64,000 nt of DNA, taken from contig JAXLWG010000019.1 in the NCBI GenBank assembly GCA_046328615.1, positions 25,528 to 89,527 of the forward strand. The letters are read 5' to 3'. How positions within the stretch are numbered: position 1 is the stretch's first letter; every line of letters begins with the position of its first letter. The notes beneath the pieces were generated by a model, which did no database searches, had not been told where the DNA came from, and worked only from the letters and a program-made list of their open reading frames with translations. Of the stretch, positions 10,422-20,912 are shown piece by piece. The stretch comes from Anaerolineae bacterium. Its GTDB lineage: Bacteria > Chloroflexota > Anaerolineae > Aggregatilineales > Phototrophicaceae. Both the position numbers and the translations under genes were made by a program.

Positions 10422-11362
10422 AACACATCTCCGCCTGTACAGTCCCATGCCGCGTAGTCGAGCAGACTGGCGGGCATCTCTTCATCCAACGGCTTCACGG
10501 TGAGATAGTACGGCGACCGCGCATGGGGCAGCACTCTTAGCGGAACGATCGATGCCAAGGCGCGCCGCGTGACGCTCTGAGTGGATGACAGCAGATGAAC
10601 GATGTGAATCCCCTCATCCCTCAACGAAGCCATCCAGCGGCACAGCAGTTCCTCGACATTCACGCCATACGCTCCCAACAAAGCAGCGGCAGGCATTCCC
10701 ATCACCCGCACGCGGCGATAGATCACCACCCCCAGAATACAATCGCCTTCGCGCCAGAGGCCGAACTGGTAACGCCGGAAGGGATGCTGTTCATAGCGGT
10801 GCTGAAGTGCGGCCCCGGTCTGCATGAAGTGAATGGAAGCCCATCGCGAAAATACATCTGAGTGAAACTGACCGGCGATGCGATCGCTCAGTTCAAGGCG
10901 CTTTTGGGAGCGGCGGCGAAAAGGTACCGGGGCGGCGATGGGCTGCAACTGACCACAGACACGATAGCCGTAAGCCGTGCTGTGTCGATCCACTTGCACG
11001 CCTTTGGCATTCGAAAACCCAACACCTGCCGCTCCCCCGGAAGCGTAAACAGTGTCATATACAGGCTGTGCCACCTGCTTGATCAATCCGCGTCCACGAT
11101 AATCCGGATGGACAGCCATATTGACGCTCATCCCAACCTGCACCACATGGTTTGTCTCCGGTAAGTAAAGCGGGCGAAGCAGGCAGGTATACTGTGCGAC
11201 GAGCCGGTCCTCCACCCAAGCGCCCCACGCAATCAGCTTGAATCCCTGATGCAGCCATGTCAGCAATTGCAGCATATCTTCATAAGGACGCTCAAAGGCA
11301 GCAGCCAAGAGTGCTGCCCACTCCGGTGTGTGTTCCACAAGGCTCAATTCGTTCACCTGCAT
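10418..11362 (-). CDS. GNAT family N-acetyltransferase
   Basis: Acetyl-CoA motif VHPDYRGRGL and GFSN. ATG 11362 has an RBS (GAGGGGAG). The stop overlaps the CoA transferase start (ATGA). Confidence 0.85.
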   Translation of the reverse strand: MQVNELSLVEHTPEWAALLAAAFERPYEDMLQLLTWLHQGFKLIAWGAWVEDRLVAQYTCLLRPLYLPETNHVVQVGMSVNMAVHPDYRGRGLIKQVAQPVYDTVYASGGAAGVGFSNAKGVQVDRHSTAYGYRVCGQLQPIAAPVPFRRRSQKRLELSDRIAGQFHSDVFSRWASIHFMQTGAALQHRYEQHPFRRYQFGLWREGDCILGVVIYRRVRVMGMPAAALLGAYGVNVEELLCRWMASLRDEGIHIVHLLSSTQSVTRRALASIVPLRVLPHARSPYYLTVKPLDEEMPASLLDYAAWDCTGGDVL

Positions 11363-11603
11363 GCAGCAGCTCCCCTCGGTGCTTCCGTTGTTTTCTACAT
11401 TATCCGGTTGGCTGTCGCTTTGCTGCATGAACAGCCTATGATCAGGCAACGAGCACAACACGTTTGCCACATGATCGTTCGACTGGAATCGGTTCAGTGG
11501 GGATTTGACCCAAAATTGGCCATGCGGCTACTAATCCTAGATTTCTGATCCGCTATCACCTATTCTGATTGCAGTGTTCACACTTTTCACATCCTGAGTT
11601 TTC

Positions 11604-11750
11604 GTGTTCGACATCAAAAACCATCTGCCAAAAGTTCAGGCGGCGCTGGACAATCTTGGCTACGACATCAACCAGTTTGAGATCAACGATTTTGTGCGGT
11701 ATGTTGCTGATCGTCACCATCGTCGAATCATCCTCCAAAAGACAGCGCTG
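11604..11750 (+). pseudogene. Truncated N-terminal gene fragment (possibly ImmA/IrrE-like)
   Basis: LPKVQAALDNLGYDINQFEINDFVRYVADRHHRRIIL looks like a natural N-terminus, then runs into unrelated sequence. Confidence 0.35.
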
Positions 11751-11797
11751 ACGATATGCGGTTGTTTCAGCGCCTCTTTGGCAAAAGCGGCTAACCG

Positions 11798-12346
11798 TTA
11801 TGGTTTCCGATCAGAGTCGGCAACCAGCTTTTTTATTGACTTTATTTCATATACCCATTCAGGTTCATACTCGTACAAACGTCTCTCGCGCCATCTTATG
11901 CTCTGAGGTGGTGTACCGTAAAAAGCAGAATCGGGATCGAGCCACGGTGGTTTGGTTCTGTATTTCCCTTGGTTCTTGTTATATCGAACACCGGTTATTC
12001 GATATTTCTCGCCCACAACTCGTTTTGCTTTTTGCTGTTCGATGTCGAGATTAGCCACTTCCCAAGTAATGGCTCTAACCGCTGTGTAGTAACTCTCCTC
12101 ATCAAACCCGCCATTGTCTGTAAATTCGGATTTTGGCGGGTATTTGGGTTTAAGGATTCTCTTGTATAGACCATACTCGACGAAACGAAAATGCAATTTG
12201 TCTTCAGATGCTTCATACCGCTCGCAACTGATAATATCTACCCATTTTTCGGTAGATTGTGGCATGTTCTTTTTTACAAACAAGATCGCCTTCGCCTGAT
12301 CTGTAGAGGCGTATTCAAGATAGCGAGCAAATAGTTTTTCGTCCAT
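11798..12346 (-). CDS. Hypothetical protein (AT-rich, probably foreign)
   Basis: 182-aa ORF with RBS AGGAG; visibly lower GC than its flanks. Confidence 0.7.
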   Translation of the reverse strand: MDEKLFARYLEYASTDQAKAILFVKKNMPQSTEKWVDIISCERYEASEDKLHFRFVEYGLYKRILKPKYPPKSEFTDNGGFDEESYYTAVRAITWEVANLDIEQQKAKRVVGEKYRITGVRYNKNQGKYRTKPPWLDPDSAFYGTPPQSIRWRERRLYEYEPEWVYEIKSIKKLVADSDRKP

Positions 12347-12502
12347 TTTCTACTCCTGACTAATGGTAAGTGGATCCCTACAGCACAAGAAATATACATG
12401 CAATGATAATGTAAATAAAAGTTTCTGGTAAGCTCGTTCTCTTGTACGGTACGCGCTGGTAGTTCGTTTTTCGCTGAATGTACAAGGTTATCCCCGCTCG
12501 CG

Positions 12503-12787
12503 TTGATCGCATGCATGGGGGCGCTGCTGGTGTGGGCACCGCTTCAGTGGGCGATCAACCGCTGGGTGACGAAGATTTCGGCGCATGGCAATCGCGGGTT
12601 GCTTCACCGGGTTGCTGCTCGGCAAGCTGGACGAACCCGGGTGATTTTGCTCGTGCTGCTGGGATTGATTGTGCTCACCTTATGGGCGCGGGTGGTGACG
12701 CGCAATCACACCGTGCCGCAGGTGATCATGGGCGTGCTGGTCGGCGCGCTCCCCGTGCTGATTGTGTTTCCAGTGGTCATAGCCTAA
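12503..12787 (+). pseudogene. C-terminal fragment of a PAP2-like membrane protein
   Basis: Hydrophobic helices with WARVVTRNHTVPQVIMGVLVG (PAP2 C3-like motif); no N-terminal part. Confidence 0.55.
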
Positions 12788-13093
12788 GAAGGGGTTACTT
12801 TCTGATGTGCCTGATTTTCGTCGTGAGCGAGTATCGCCAGATTTCGATCCGCCATCACCAGCTGCTCCCGAAATGGTGACACAAGAATTGTCCGCCGCAC
12901 TGAATGAAGCGAATCAGGAAGATGAAGAGACGAAAGCAGTATCAGTTGAAGCATTTCAGCGTGAAGCGCTGCGGATGGCAGAGGGCACAGAGGAGCCGAT
13001 CTAGGAGATGGAAAAGAATCTCGGTTTATCACAGGGATTAATTCGTCAATCGCAGCAGCGCTACCAGTTGACGAATCAACAGCGACGCTGCAA

Positions 13094-13420
13094 TTGAGCA
13101 GTAAACAGTACGCCGAAGCGCAAATCCGCTGGCTGAAGCGGGAGATGGAGATCGTCACGCAGGAACGGGGCACCCTAAAAAAGCAATCTGGGTCTTCTCA
13201 GGGGAGCAGCGCCCATGAAGTACCGGTTTATCGAAGATGCCCTTCAGATGGCATTGGCACGACGCTGCCCGCAAACCGGCTTGCTGCATCACTCTGACCG
13301 CGGCAGTCAGTATGCCTGCCACGATTATCAGAAGCTGCTGGCGAAGAAACAAATCCAAGTGAGCATGAGCCGCAACTGCTACGCTACGACAATGCCATGA
13401 TGGAGAGCTTATTCGGATCA
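13094..13420 (+). mobile_element. IS3-family transposase remnant with internal deletion
   Basis: OrfA tail IRWLKREMEIVTQERGTLKK, OrfB start MKYRFI, integrase core LLHHSDRGSQY...SMSR.CY, then DNAMMESLF in another frame. Confidence 0.85.
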
Positions 13421-13484
13421 GTCTAGGCAGTGCTTTGTTGAGGTTCTCCGACACCGAGAGTAAGTGCATATATCAGGGATGCAG

Positions 13485-16163
13485 CTAGAGAATGCCAACC
13501 TTTCTTGCGGTAGCAATCACCTGCGTGCGGCTGTGAGCATCGAGTTTGAGAAAAATGTTGTTGAGGTGTTTCTTCACTGTGCCTACACTGATGACCAACC
13601 GCTCCGCGATTTCCCGGTTGGATAAACCATCGGCGAGTAAGCGCATCACTTCAAGCTCCCGCTCACTCAGAGGTTCAATCTCACTATCGGTACGCGGCTT
13701 CCGGAGAATGATAGTGGGTGAGGGTGTTTTAAAGCTGAACGCGGATAGAAGTTTTGCGACATAGGTCACCGAAATGCCACGTGCTTGAGTTTCACGGAGT
13801 AGTTCCCTCATAGGCACTCCCTCGTCAACGAAGGTGCGAACGTAACCTTCAGGTTCAGCCAAAGCAAGTGCATTATTCAGAGCATCCAGAGCCACACCAA
13901 TATTTCCTTGTAATTTGGCCGCCAATGCCAGCAAAACGCTGAGGCTTATCACTCGCCCAGTTCTTTCCTCAGCACGCGCCGCAGAGAGCAGACGCAGCAA
14001 CAGGGCTTGTGCGTCGTCCGCCCGTCCAAGTGCGATATAGACACGGGCTAAGATCATATGCTCGAATTCAATGGCTGGATTCAGATAATCATTATGAACG
14101 GTTGGCTCGATTTTTTCTGCCCATTCGCCCGCCGCCGCGATGTCGCCTTGCACAACCCACAGCCACGCCTGCCATGCTGTAACAGGTAGAAATGTCTGCT
14201 TCAGATTTGCCTTCTCTACGAGCTGGACAGCTTCCTGCATCAATTCACGGGCCTCCGCATCAGCACCTTGTAAGTTCTTAAGTCGTGCCAATATGATATA
14301 ACCGTCCAATGCTAAGCGGATAAGTGCATATTCCTTGACGCTTTCCCATCCTTCGGCTGCGTGACGCTGCGCATCATCCAGTTCATTGCGCTCATAGTAG
14401 AGCTTACTAAGTTCCAGATGAGCGACCCCGCGATACACCTGTGTTTTGTTGTGCAGCAGCCTGTTTGCGGCATCCTGAGCTTTGCGAAGCTGTCCCTGAA
14501 TGATGTACAACCGAATCACATGATGGAGTGCTGGTTCAAGTGCTCGAATGTGAACAGACGATCCGATCAAGTTAAAGGTCGTTTCAAACCAGTGCTTTGC
14601 CTCTGCCATTTGGCCTTTGGCAGCGTAATAGGAACAGGCAATAACTACCATGCACCAAGTCCGCCATCGCGTGTCAGTCTCCGGGAGCAGTGCAAGCGCA
14701 TGGCGACCAGATGAGATGATCGTGTCCGCTTCCTGTTCCCTATAGAAAGCAAGTGTCATGCGTATGGTTGCGGCATATCCGATGAGCCGCTTGTGTTTGC
14801 TATCATCATCGAGGCCGTTTTGCGAAAGCCGATGCTCAGCCAGCACTAAATGATGCTCAGCCTCGTCGTAGCGATCCATCGTTGTAAGCGTGAAGGCATA
14901 GTCCAACTGCAACTTTGGGTAGGTTCGTAAAACCTCATCAGGGAGTGTGTGCATCCATCGCAGAAATGTCAGCACACCATCCAACATGAAATTGTGTTCA
15001 AAGCGCCGCTCGATCAACCCTGCCGCACGGTCGTAAGCTTCCCCAAGGAGCGCATGATCAATAGCTTCGCCTGTCCATCCATTTTGTTCAAACCATACAC
15101 TGGAACGGCGATGCAACTCGGTAATGCTTTCCGGCATTGTCTTCTGCAAATGCCGTTTAAGCATGTCACGAAACAACTGGTGATACCGAAACCAAGAGCG
15201 TTCCTCATCCAAGGGGATTAGAAAGAGGTTGCTCCGCTCGATTTGCTCCAAGATCAACTGCCCATCACTTCGGCCCATCACGGCATCGCAGAGTGAACCG
15301 TTGAGTTGGGGAAGGATCGAAGTTTTCAGGAGGAAGGCACGAGTCGTTTCTGACTGCTGACTCAATACCTCCTCGGACAAATAATCAAGGATATAGCGAT
15401 GGCTGCCCGTGAATGCGGAGATGAAATCGGTAAGGTTTTCCCGCCCTTTCATCGCCAGCGCTGCGAGTTGCAACCCCGCAATCCAGCCTTCAGTACGCTC
15501 ATCGAGACCACCGATCTGACTTGGGTTCAACTGAACGCCTAGCATCTGAACCAGAAACTGTCCGGTTTCCTCTAGGGTAAACCGTAAATTGTCCGCGCGT
15601 ATCTCTGCCAACTGCCCCTTACCGCGCAAACGAGCCAGCGGGAAAGGCGGGTCTTCTCGGCTGGTGATCACGAGTCGGACGCGCGATGGCAAGTGATCGA
15701 TCAGATAGCTCATGCCTTCATGAATTGCTTGGCTCTGAATGCGGTGATAATCATCCAGAACGAGGGCGAATCTGTGAGGAGAATTTTCGAGGTAGCGAAG
15801 AAGATCGCTCAGGATCGCTTTTGGGGGCGGCGGTTGAGGGGAATGCAATGAGGACAGCAGTTCCTTAGCGTCGATACTACCGGAATGTGCGCATACGGTG
15901 ATCAGGTAAGTGAGGAATCGCACCGGGTCGCTGTCGTCTTCATCGAGCGACAACCAGCCAAATGCAACCTCGCCCCGTGCCTGAGTACCAAACCATTCAG
16001 CCAGTAGTGTGCTTTTGCCGTAGCCAGCCGGCGCACACACCAGCGTGAGAGGGTAGCTCAAACTCGCGCCGAATTGCTGTGAAAGGCGAGGGCGAGGGAT
16101 GCAATCAACGCGGACAGGAGGAAGCATCAGTTTCGTTTGGAGAATGACCGATGCCGATGTCAC
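13485..16163 (-). CDS. MalT-like LuxR family (LAL) ATP-dependent transcriptional regulator
   Basis: Walker [43 protein letters not shown]-like region, C-terminal LuxR HTH ([25 protein letters not shown]). Confidence 0.95.
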   Translation of the reverse strand: MTSASVILQTKLMLPPVRVDCIPRPRLSQQFGASLSYPLTLVCAPAGYGKSTLLAEWFGTQARGEVAFGWLSLDEDDSDPVRFLTYLITVCAHSGSIDAKELLSSLHSPQPPPPKAILSDLLRYLENSPHRFALVLDDYHRIQSQAIHEGMSYLIDHLPSRVRLVITSREDPPFPLARLRGKGQLAEIRADNLRFTLEETGQFLVQMLGVQLNPSQIGGLDERTEGWIAGLQLAALAMKGRENLTDFISAFTGSHRYILDYLSEEVLSQQSETTRAFLLKTSILPQLNGSLCDAVMGRSDGQLILEQIERSNLFLIPLDEERSWFRYHQLFRDMLKRHLQKTMPESITELHRRSSVWFEQNGWTGEAIDHALLGEAYDRAAGLIERRFEHNFMLDGVLTFLRWMHTLPDEVLRTYPKLQLDYAFTLTTMDRYDEAEHHLVLAEHRLSQNGLDDDSKHKRLIGYAATIRMTLAFYREQEADTIISSGRHALALLPETDTRWRTWCMVVIACSYYAAKGQMAEAKHWFETTFNLIGSSVHIRALEPALHHVIRLYIIQGQLRKAQDAANRLLHNKTQVYRGVAHLELSKLYYERNELDDAQRHAAEGWESVKEYALIRLALDGYIILARLKNLQGADAEARELMQEAVQLVEKANLKQTFLPVTAWQAWLWVVQGDIAAAGEWAEKIEPTVHNDYLNPAIEFEHMILARVYIALGRADDAQALLLRLLSAARAEERTGRVISLSVLLALAAKLQGNIGVALDALNNALALAEPEGYVRTFVDEGVPMRELLRETQARGISVTYVAKLLSAFSFKTPSPTIILRKPRTDSEIEPLSERELEVMRLLADGLSNREIAERLVISVGTVKKHLNNIFLKLDAHSRTQVIATARKVGIL

Positions 16164-16335
16164 TTTAGATTTACCCTAAATCCATGAATTCGGAAAAGTT
16201 TAGCACCAGATATGTTAGCAGGCAAACAGAGCCAATCAGAAAAATAAACCCCTCAATACGCATTTTGGCTACCCATGCTCAACTCCAATCTCCCATAGAG
16301 TGAGAAGCACAGTCCAATTCAAATGAGAAAACGAC

Positions 16336-17460
16336 ATGGACACAGCGCAGTTTGCTCGTCGAAAGATGAATCGTCGGGATTTTCTGAAACTTGCCGGAGC
16401 TGCGGGAGTCACGGTGGCAGGCGGCTATGTTCTTTTCGAATATGCGCCGTGGCTGAATTATGACCAACAAGCCCAATATGCCAGAAGGCCGTTCGATCAG
16501 CATTCAACAGCGTCGGCACATATACGGGAACTAATCCGCTATGCAACACTGGCCGCCAATGGACACAATACCCAACCGTGGAAATTCGCCATTCGGGAAA
16601 ATGCCATCGAAATACATCCGGATTATTCCCGTCGTTTGCCAATTGTTGATCCTGATGACCGTGAGCTGTGGATCAGTCTTGGCTGTGCGCTGGAGAATCT
16701 GTTGATTGCTGCACGTGCAATCGGCTTCGCCGCTGAAGTGACCTATCCGGATGAGGAGGATGTCATTCGGGTTGAGCTGGCAGCGGACACTGCCCTCGAG
16801 AGCCCACTTTTCGAAGCAATCCCGCAGCGTCAGACCACGCGCTCCGAATATGATGGGCGTTCCGTCGATATGGCGATTCTGGATCGACTGGCAAGGATGC
16901 CTCAAGAACCCGGTGTCATGCTGCGCCTTGTAACGCATCCCACCGACATGGACACGATCTTGGAGTACGTCAATCAAGGCAACCTGAGCCAGTATGCAGA
17001 TCAAGCTTTCCTAGATGAATTGATCGCATGGCTTCGCTTCACGCGCAAAGAAGCCTTAGGTTCGCTCGATGGACTGTACACGCAGAGTTCTGGTAATCCC
17101 GAAGTGCCACGCTGGCTCGGACAGATGTTTGTGTCGAGCACAACGCCAGAGCAGCAGGCAGACATTGATGCGCGAAAACTGCGCAGTTCACCCCATGCCT
17201 TCGTCATTGCGTCGGATACAGAAAACAAAACTGCCCGGGTTCGCACAGGGCAGGTTTACGAACGCTTGGCGCTGACCATGACCTCTCTAGGTATCCAATC
17301 CGCATTTCTCAACCAGCCGATTGAGGTCCCGAACCTTCGCTCGGAATTTCAGACCGCGATGGCGCTAGGCGATGCCCACCCGCAGCTGCTGTTACGCATC
17401 GGCTATGGGAATCCAATGCCACGATCGCTGCGCCGTCCCGTTGAAAACGTCCTTCTCTAA
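16336..17460 (+). CDS. Tat-exported Acg-family FMN-binding nitroreductase-like protein
   Basis: Twin-arginine signal NRRDFLK; ATLAANGHNTQPW; DPDDRELWISLGCALENL; PQLLLRIGYG...RSLRRP. Confidence 0.88.
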   Translation: MDTAQFARRKMNRRDFLKLAGAAGVTVAGGYVLFEYAPWLNYDQQAQYARRPFDQHSTASAHIRELIRYATLAANGHNTQPWKFAIRENAIEIHPDYSRRLPIVDPDDRELWISLGCALENLLIAARAIGFAAEVTYPDEEDVIRVELAADTALESPLFEAIPQRQTTRSEYDGRSVDMAILDRLARMPQEPGVMLRLVTHPTDMDTILEYVNQGNLSQYADQAFLDELIAWLRFTRKEALGSLDGLYTQSSGNPEVPRWLGQMFVSSTTPEQQADIDARKLRSSPHAFVIASDTENKTARVRTGQVYERLALTMTSLGIQSAFLNQPIEVPNLRSEFQTAMALGDAHPQLLLRIGYGNPMPRSLRRPVENVLL

Positions 17461-17476
17461 CAGAAAGGTGAAAATT

Positions 17477-18532
17477 ATGGGTAGCACATGGGCGTGCACT
17501 GCATCAGAGGCAATTCCGGAATATCGGCATCGTCTCTGGTTTTATGTCCCACGGGCATTGAAATGGCTGGCCATCGGCGTTGTGGTACTTCTTGCCGCCG
17601 GGTTTGCGTTTCAACGCATCTCGACAGCAGCCGATGAGGAGAACTACCCACCGCGTGGTCAGCTTTATACCGTCAATAATCGCCAGATGCACATACTGTG
17701 CGCTGGCGAGGGAAGCCCGGCGGTTATCCTCGAAGCCGGCGGCGCGGCTGATTCGTTGTGGTGGTACTGGGTTCAGCAGCAGCTTGCCGAACACACGCGT
17801 GTCTGCGCCTATGATCGCGCCGGGCATGGTTGGAGCGAATCCGCTTCCGGATCGCGCGATCCGCAGGCGATTGCGTCCGATCTTCAAGATCTCCTTGCTG
17901 CAGCAGGTGTTCTCCCACCGTATGTGATGGCAGGACATTCCTTCGGCGCTGTCTGGGCGCGAATTTATGCGGCCCAGCATTCCAGTGATGTGGTTGGGCT
18001 TGTTCTGGTAGATAGCACTGTGCTCGCCCCCGAAGGATTTGCCAACCAAAATGAGTTTCTTCAATGGAGAAGCTCGAATGATGCCCTCAAGGCGATTGAA
18101 CGAGCAGCGTATGAATTCGGAGCCATACGAGCTACCGCAGCGGGTGATTTTGAGCGGGCGGGCTATCCAGCGGATAGGGTTCCGGAGATGGTCGCGCTCC
18201 GTTCCCGCGTCAGTGTGTTTGAAGCTGACTATGCCGAGCAAGTAGCGGCTGGATGGGAAATGAGAGTCGCCTCTGCGGCGGCTGAAAACTTGGGCAATTT
18301 GCCCATAATCGTCTTATGGGCATCAGAAACCAATACACTGATGGAGACTGTCCCTGCACTTCGTGAGCCTCACGACGAAATCTCCACCTATTCCTCTAAC
18401 AGCGTCACCCGCATTGTGGACGGCGCAAATCACGGTTCCATCCTCGGAAGTGAACAGTACGCCCGGCAGGTCAGCGATGCACTCCTCGACATGATCGAAG
18501 CAGTAGAAACAGGCGAACCGCTGGCGCCGTAG
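17477..18532 (+). CDS. Membrane-anchored alpha/beta hydrolase
   Basis: N-terminal TM helix; YDRAGHGWS; GHSFG nucleophile motif; RBS GAAAGG before ATG 17477. Confidence 0.9.
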   Translation: MGSTWACTASEAIPEYRHRLWFYVPRALKWLAIGVVVLLAAGFAFQRISTAADEENYPPRGQLYTVNNRQMHILCAGEGSPAVILEAGGAADSLWWYWVQQQLAEHTRVCAYDRAGHGWSESASGSRDPQAIASDLQDLLAAAGVLPPYVMAGHSFGAVWARIYAAQHSSDVVGLVLVDSTVLAPEGFANQNEFLQWRSSNDALKAIERAAYEFGAIRATAAGDFERAGYPADRVPEMVALRSRVSVFEADYAEQVAAGWEMRVASAAAENLGNLPIIVLWASETNTLMETVPALREPHDEISTYSSNSVTRIVDGANHGSILGSEQYARQVSDALLDMIEAVETGEPLAP

Positions 18533-18629
18533 TCGGGATTGGCGGCTTTTGGCTGGCAATCGATGTGTCGAAATTCCACCTATCGATCTATCTGGTTTTT
18601 AGCGTATCTACTCAATTGGGGAGAATGTC

Positions 18630-19442
18630 ATGTCAAAGACACCGAAGTTTTTCGCTTGGCTGGCGCTCATCGTGATCGGCTTTTACTTGGGGTTGACTTA
18701 CCTGCCTCAGATTGTTGGCACCTGTATGGATGGGGAATGCGGCTTCACTACAGGTGAGATCGCAGTCTCGTTTGCGCTTCCACTATCATTTATCGCACTG
18801 CCCATCGTGCTGGAAATGGTGGGGTATCGCAAGAATCTGGCGCAAGCCTTGAATGACATCGGGATTATTCGCTTCAATTGGGCAGGAATCCGCGTCGCCT
18901 TGGGATATGTGGCGCCGCTCACGATCTTCCTCCCTTTACTTGCCATTCTCACAAACTCAACGGTAGCGCTGCAACCTCACTGGGAGTGGCGACTTGTAAA
19001 CATCCTCTTGGTGAACGGGTTCGCTGAAGAAATCATGATGCGCGGCTTCGTGTTCCGGCATTTGCGCACGGGCCGTACCTTCTGGCGAGCTGCCGCACTC
19101 TCAACCCTATTTTTCGCGATATACCACCTGCCAATAATCCTAAGTTTAGGCCTTGTCGTTGGCATTATGGCTGTTGTTGTTGCCATACCACTTGGATTCC
19201 TCACAGCATACGCCTACGAACGTGGGACCAACACGATCTGGGGCCCGGCGCTGCTGCACGCGGCCAACAATGCACTCTTCATGCTGTTCGTCTTCCCTGA
19301 AGCCATTCAGGCGACAACCAGTTCTTTGTATTTCCTATTTGGCATCGGGCTTTCCATCATTCTATGTGTGCGCGCCTATCGGAAGGGCTATGCGCGGGAT
19401 GTCGTAAGTGTTGTGCCGCAAGCTGGTGTTGCTAGCGCCTAA
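18630..19442 (+). CDS. CPBP (CAAX/Abi) intramembrane glutamic endopeptidase
   Basis: EEIMMRG, FAIYH and LLHAANN motifs; multiple TM helices. Confidence 0.92.
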   Translation: MSKTPKFFAWLALIVIGFYLGLTYLPQIVGTCMDGECGFTTGEIAVSFALPLSFIALPIVLEMVGYRKNLAQALNDIGIIRFNWAGIRVALGYVAPLTIFLPLLAILTNSTVALQPHWEWRLVNILLVNGFAEEIMMRGFVFRHLRTGRTFWRAAALSTLFFAIYHLPIILSLGLVVGIMAVVVAIPLGFLTAYAYERGTNTIWGPALLHAANNALFMLFVFPEAIQATTSSLYFLFGIGLSIILCVRAYRKGYARDVVSVVPQAGVASA

Positions 19443-19458
19443 ACTCAAAGGCAGTGGA

Positions 19459-19668
19459 ATGGCACAAGTTTACGAAATCCGACTCAAAGGGCATCTGGAT
19501 GTTTCGTGGGCGGAGTGGTTGGGCAGCATGATCATTCATCATCAGGATAATGGAGAGACTCTGCTGCAAGTTTCGATTAGCGATCAGGCTGCTCTTCATG
19601 GGCTGCTAAGCCGACTGCGAGACCTTGGGATCACATTGATCTCCGTCAATCCGATTCAGGGAAGATAA
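19459..19668 (+). CDS. Conserved small hypothetical protein (often found next to MalT-like regulators)
   Basis: YEIRLKGHLD..W.EW...G.T.L....DQAALHGLL..LRDLG..LISVN. Confidence 0.8.
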   Translation: MAQVYEIRLKGHLDVSWAEWLGSMIIHHQDNGETLLQVSISDQAALHGLLSRLRDLGITLISVNPIQGR

Positions 19669-20014
19669 TCAGAGCGCCTTTGACCCTTCGTAAGTGCGCC
19701 TGATCCCCTAAGGCATCATAGACTTCAGGAGAGGGAGGGTTGGCCGCCAGCCGCCGAAATTTGAGGCGGTCAGCCGAAGACAAACGGCTGCAACGGGGTG
19801 AAAACAGATGCTCAGCCGACTCGTGTGGACGGACGAGGTAGTAGGAAAGGCCAAACCATGCACAGTGGAACCACAAGGCACGCTCGGTTTGCGCATACGA
19901 CCACGTGCGTCGGGCTAGGTTGGGACGCTTGACAAGCGCGATCTGAATACGTGGGTGCAGATCAACGCCCCGTTGTATCCTGACTTTGAAAATTAGTGTC
20001 AAAGAAGACTCATG

Positions 20015-20077
20015 ACATCGACCTCACATTTAACGAATAAACCCTTCTTGGTGTTTGCTCAAATGTGAGGTCGATGT
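20015..20077. repeat. 17-bp perfect inverted repeat with 29-bp spacer
   Basis: ACATCGACCTCACATTT ... AAATGTGAGGTCGATGT. Confidence 0.8.
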
Positions 20078-20272
20078 ATCCGGTCAAACCCCCTTCTCTC
20101 AAATCATCTGCTACAGAAGATACGACTCGCAGTTGAGTTGTTTTAAGCGAGCAGTATTCAAATTCTGTTTGGGGAGCCGCTCCCTAAAACCTAGAAACGC
20201 TCCCCACTGCTTCGTTACACCTCTGGAAGGTGATGTTGATCACTGCTGCATTGGGTTGATGAGGCATAAACT

Positions 20273-20292
20273 ACATTCAATAACACGAATAT
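20273..20292. promoter_or_regulatory. Putative ArsR/SmtB operator
   Basis: Imperfect palindrome ACATTC-N8-GAATAT directly before the arsR start. Confidence 0.45.
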
Positions 20293-20295
20293 AAA

Positions 20296-20646
20296 GTGGA
20301 AACTCCTGTGAATTTCAGTGAGCTCGCGGAAAAACTCAAAGGATTGGCGCATCCCGTCCGGCTGCAAATCCTCGATATGCTGCGCGGCGGAGAACTGTGT
20401 GTCTGCCATATAGAGCGAGCGCTCGATCGACGGCAGGCGTATATCTCGCAGCAGTTGATGGTCTTGCGCGACGCAGGGCTGGTCGAAAGCCGCAAGGATG
20501 GTCTGCAAGTTTTCTATCGTCTGGCTGATCCGCAGATCCACCGCTGGCTAGACCTGCTGCTTGAACGGGAGTTTACGCCCATCCAAAAACTTGCGGGGTG
20601 CACCTGCCCGCTCTGTTCGATGATCGTTGTGGAAAGCATTCGCTGA
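20296..20646 (+). CDS. arsR: ArsR/SmtB family metalloregulator
   Basis: LKGLAHPVRLQIL, ELCVCHI, SQQLMVLRDAGLV..RKDG..VFYRL; C-terminal CTCPLC. Confidence 0.92.
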   Translation: METPVNFSELAEKLKGLAHPVRLQILDMLRGGELCVCHIERALDRRQAYISQQLMVLRDAGLVESRKDGLQVFYRLADPQIHRWLDLLLEREFTPIQKLAGCTCPLCSMIVVESIR

Positions 20647-20657
20647 AGGGATTGATA

Positions 20658-20906
20658 ATGCTGCAAGTAAAAGTCTTAGGGTCGGGCTGCGCGAACTGTA
20701 AACGTCTGGAGGCGGAAACGCGCGCCGCGCTGGATGCAGAAGGCATTCCGTACACGCTCGAAAAAGTAACAGAATTTGCTGACATCGCCGCTTATGGCAT
20801 TTTGAGCACGCCGGGGCTGGTGATGAATGAAGCAGTCAAGTCGGCGGGACGCATCCCTAAACGTGACCAGATCGTGACGTGGGCACGACAGACCGAAAGC
20901 GCTTGA
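20658..20906 (+). CDS. Small redox-active disulfide protein (MTH895/ArsE-like thioredoxin)
   Basis: VKVLGSGCANCKRL...YGILSTPGLV.N..VK.AGRIP. Confidence 0.92.
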   Translation: MLQVKVLGSGCANCKRLEAETRAALDAEGIPYTLEKVTEFADIAAYGILSTPGLVMNEAVKSAGRIPKRDQIVTWARQTESA

Positions 20907-20912
20907 TCGATT

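Noticed and set aside
19646-20294. ORFs of 118, 62 and 79 aa in the gap before arsR
   Set aside because: No motifs and atypical composition; treated as non-coding.
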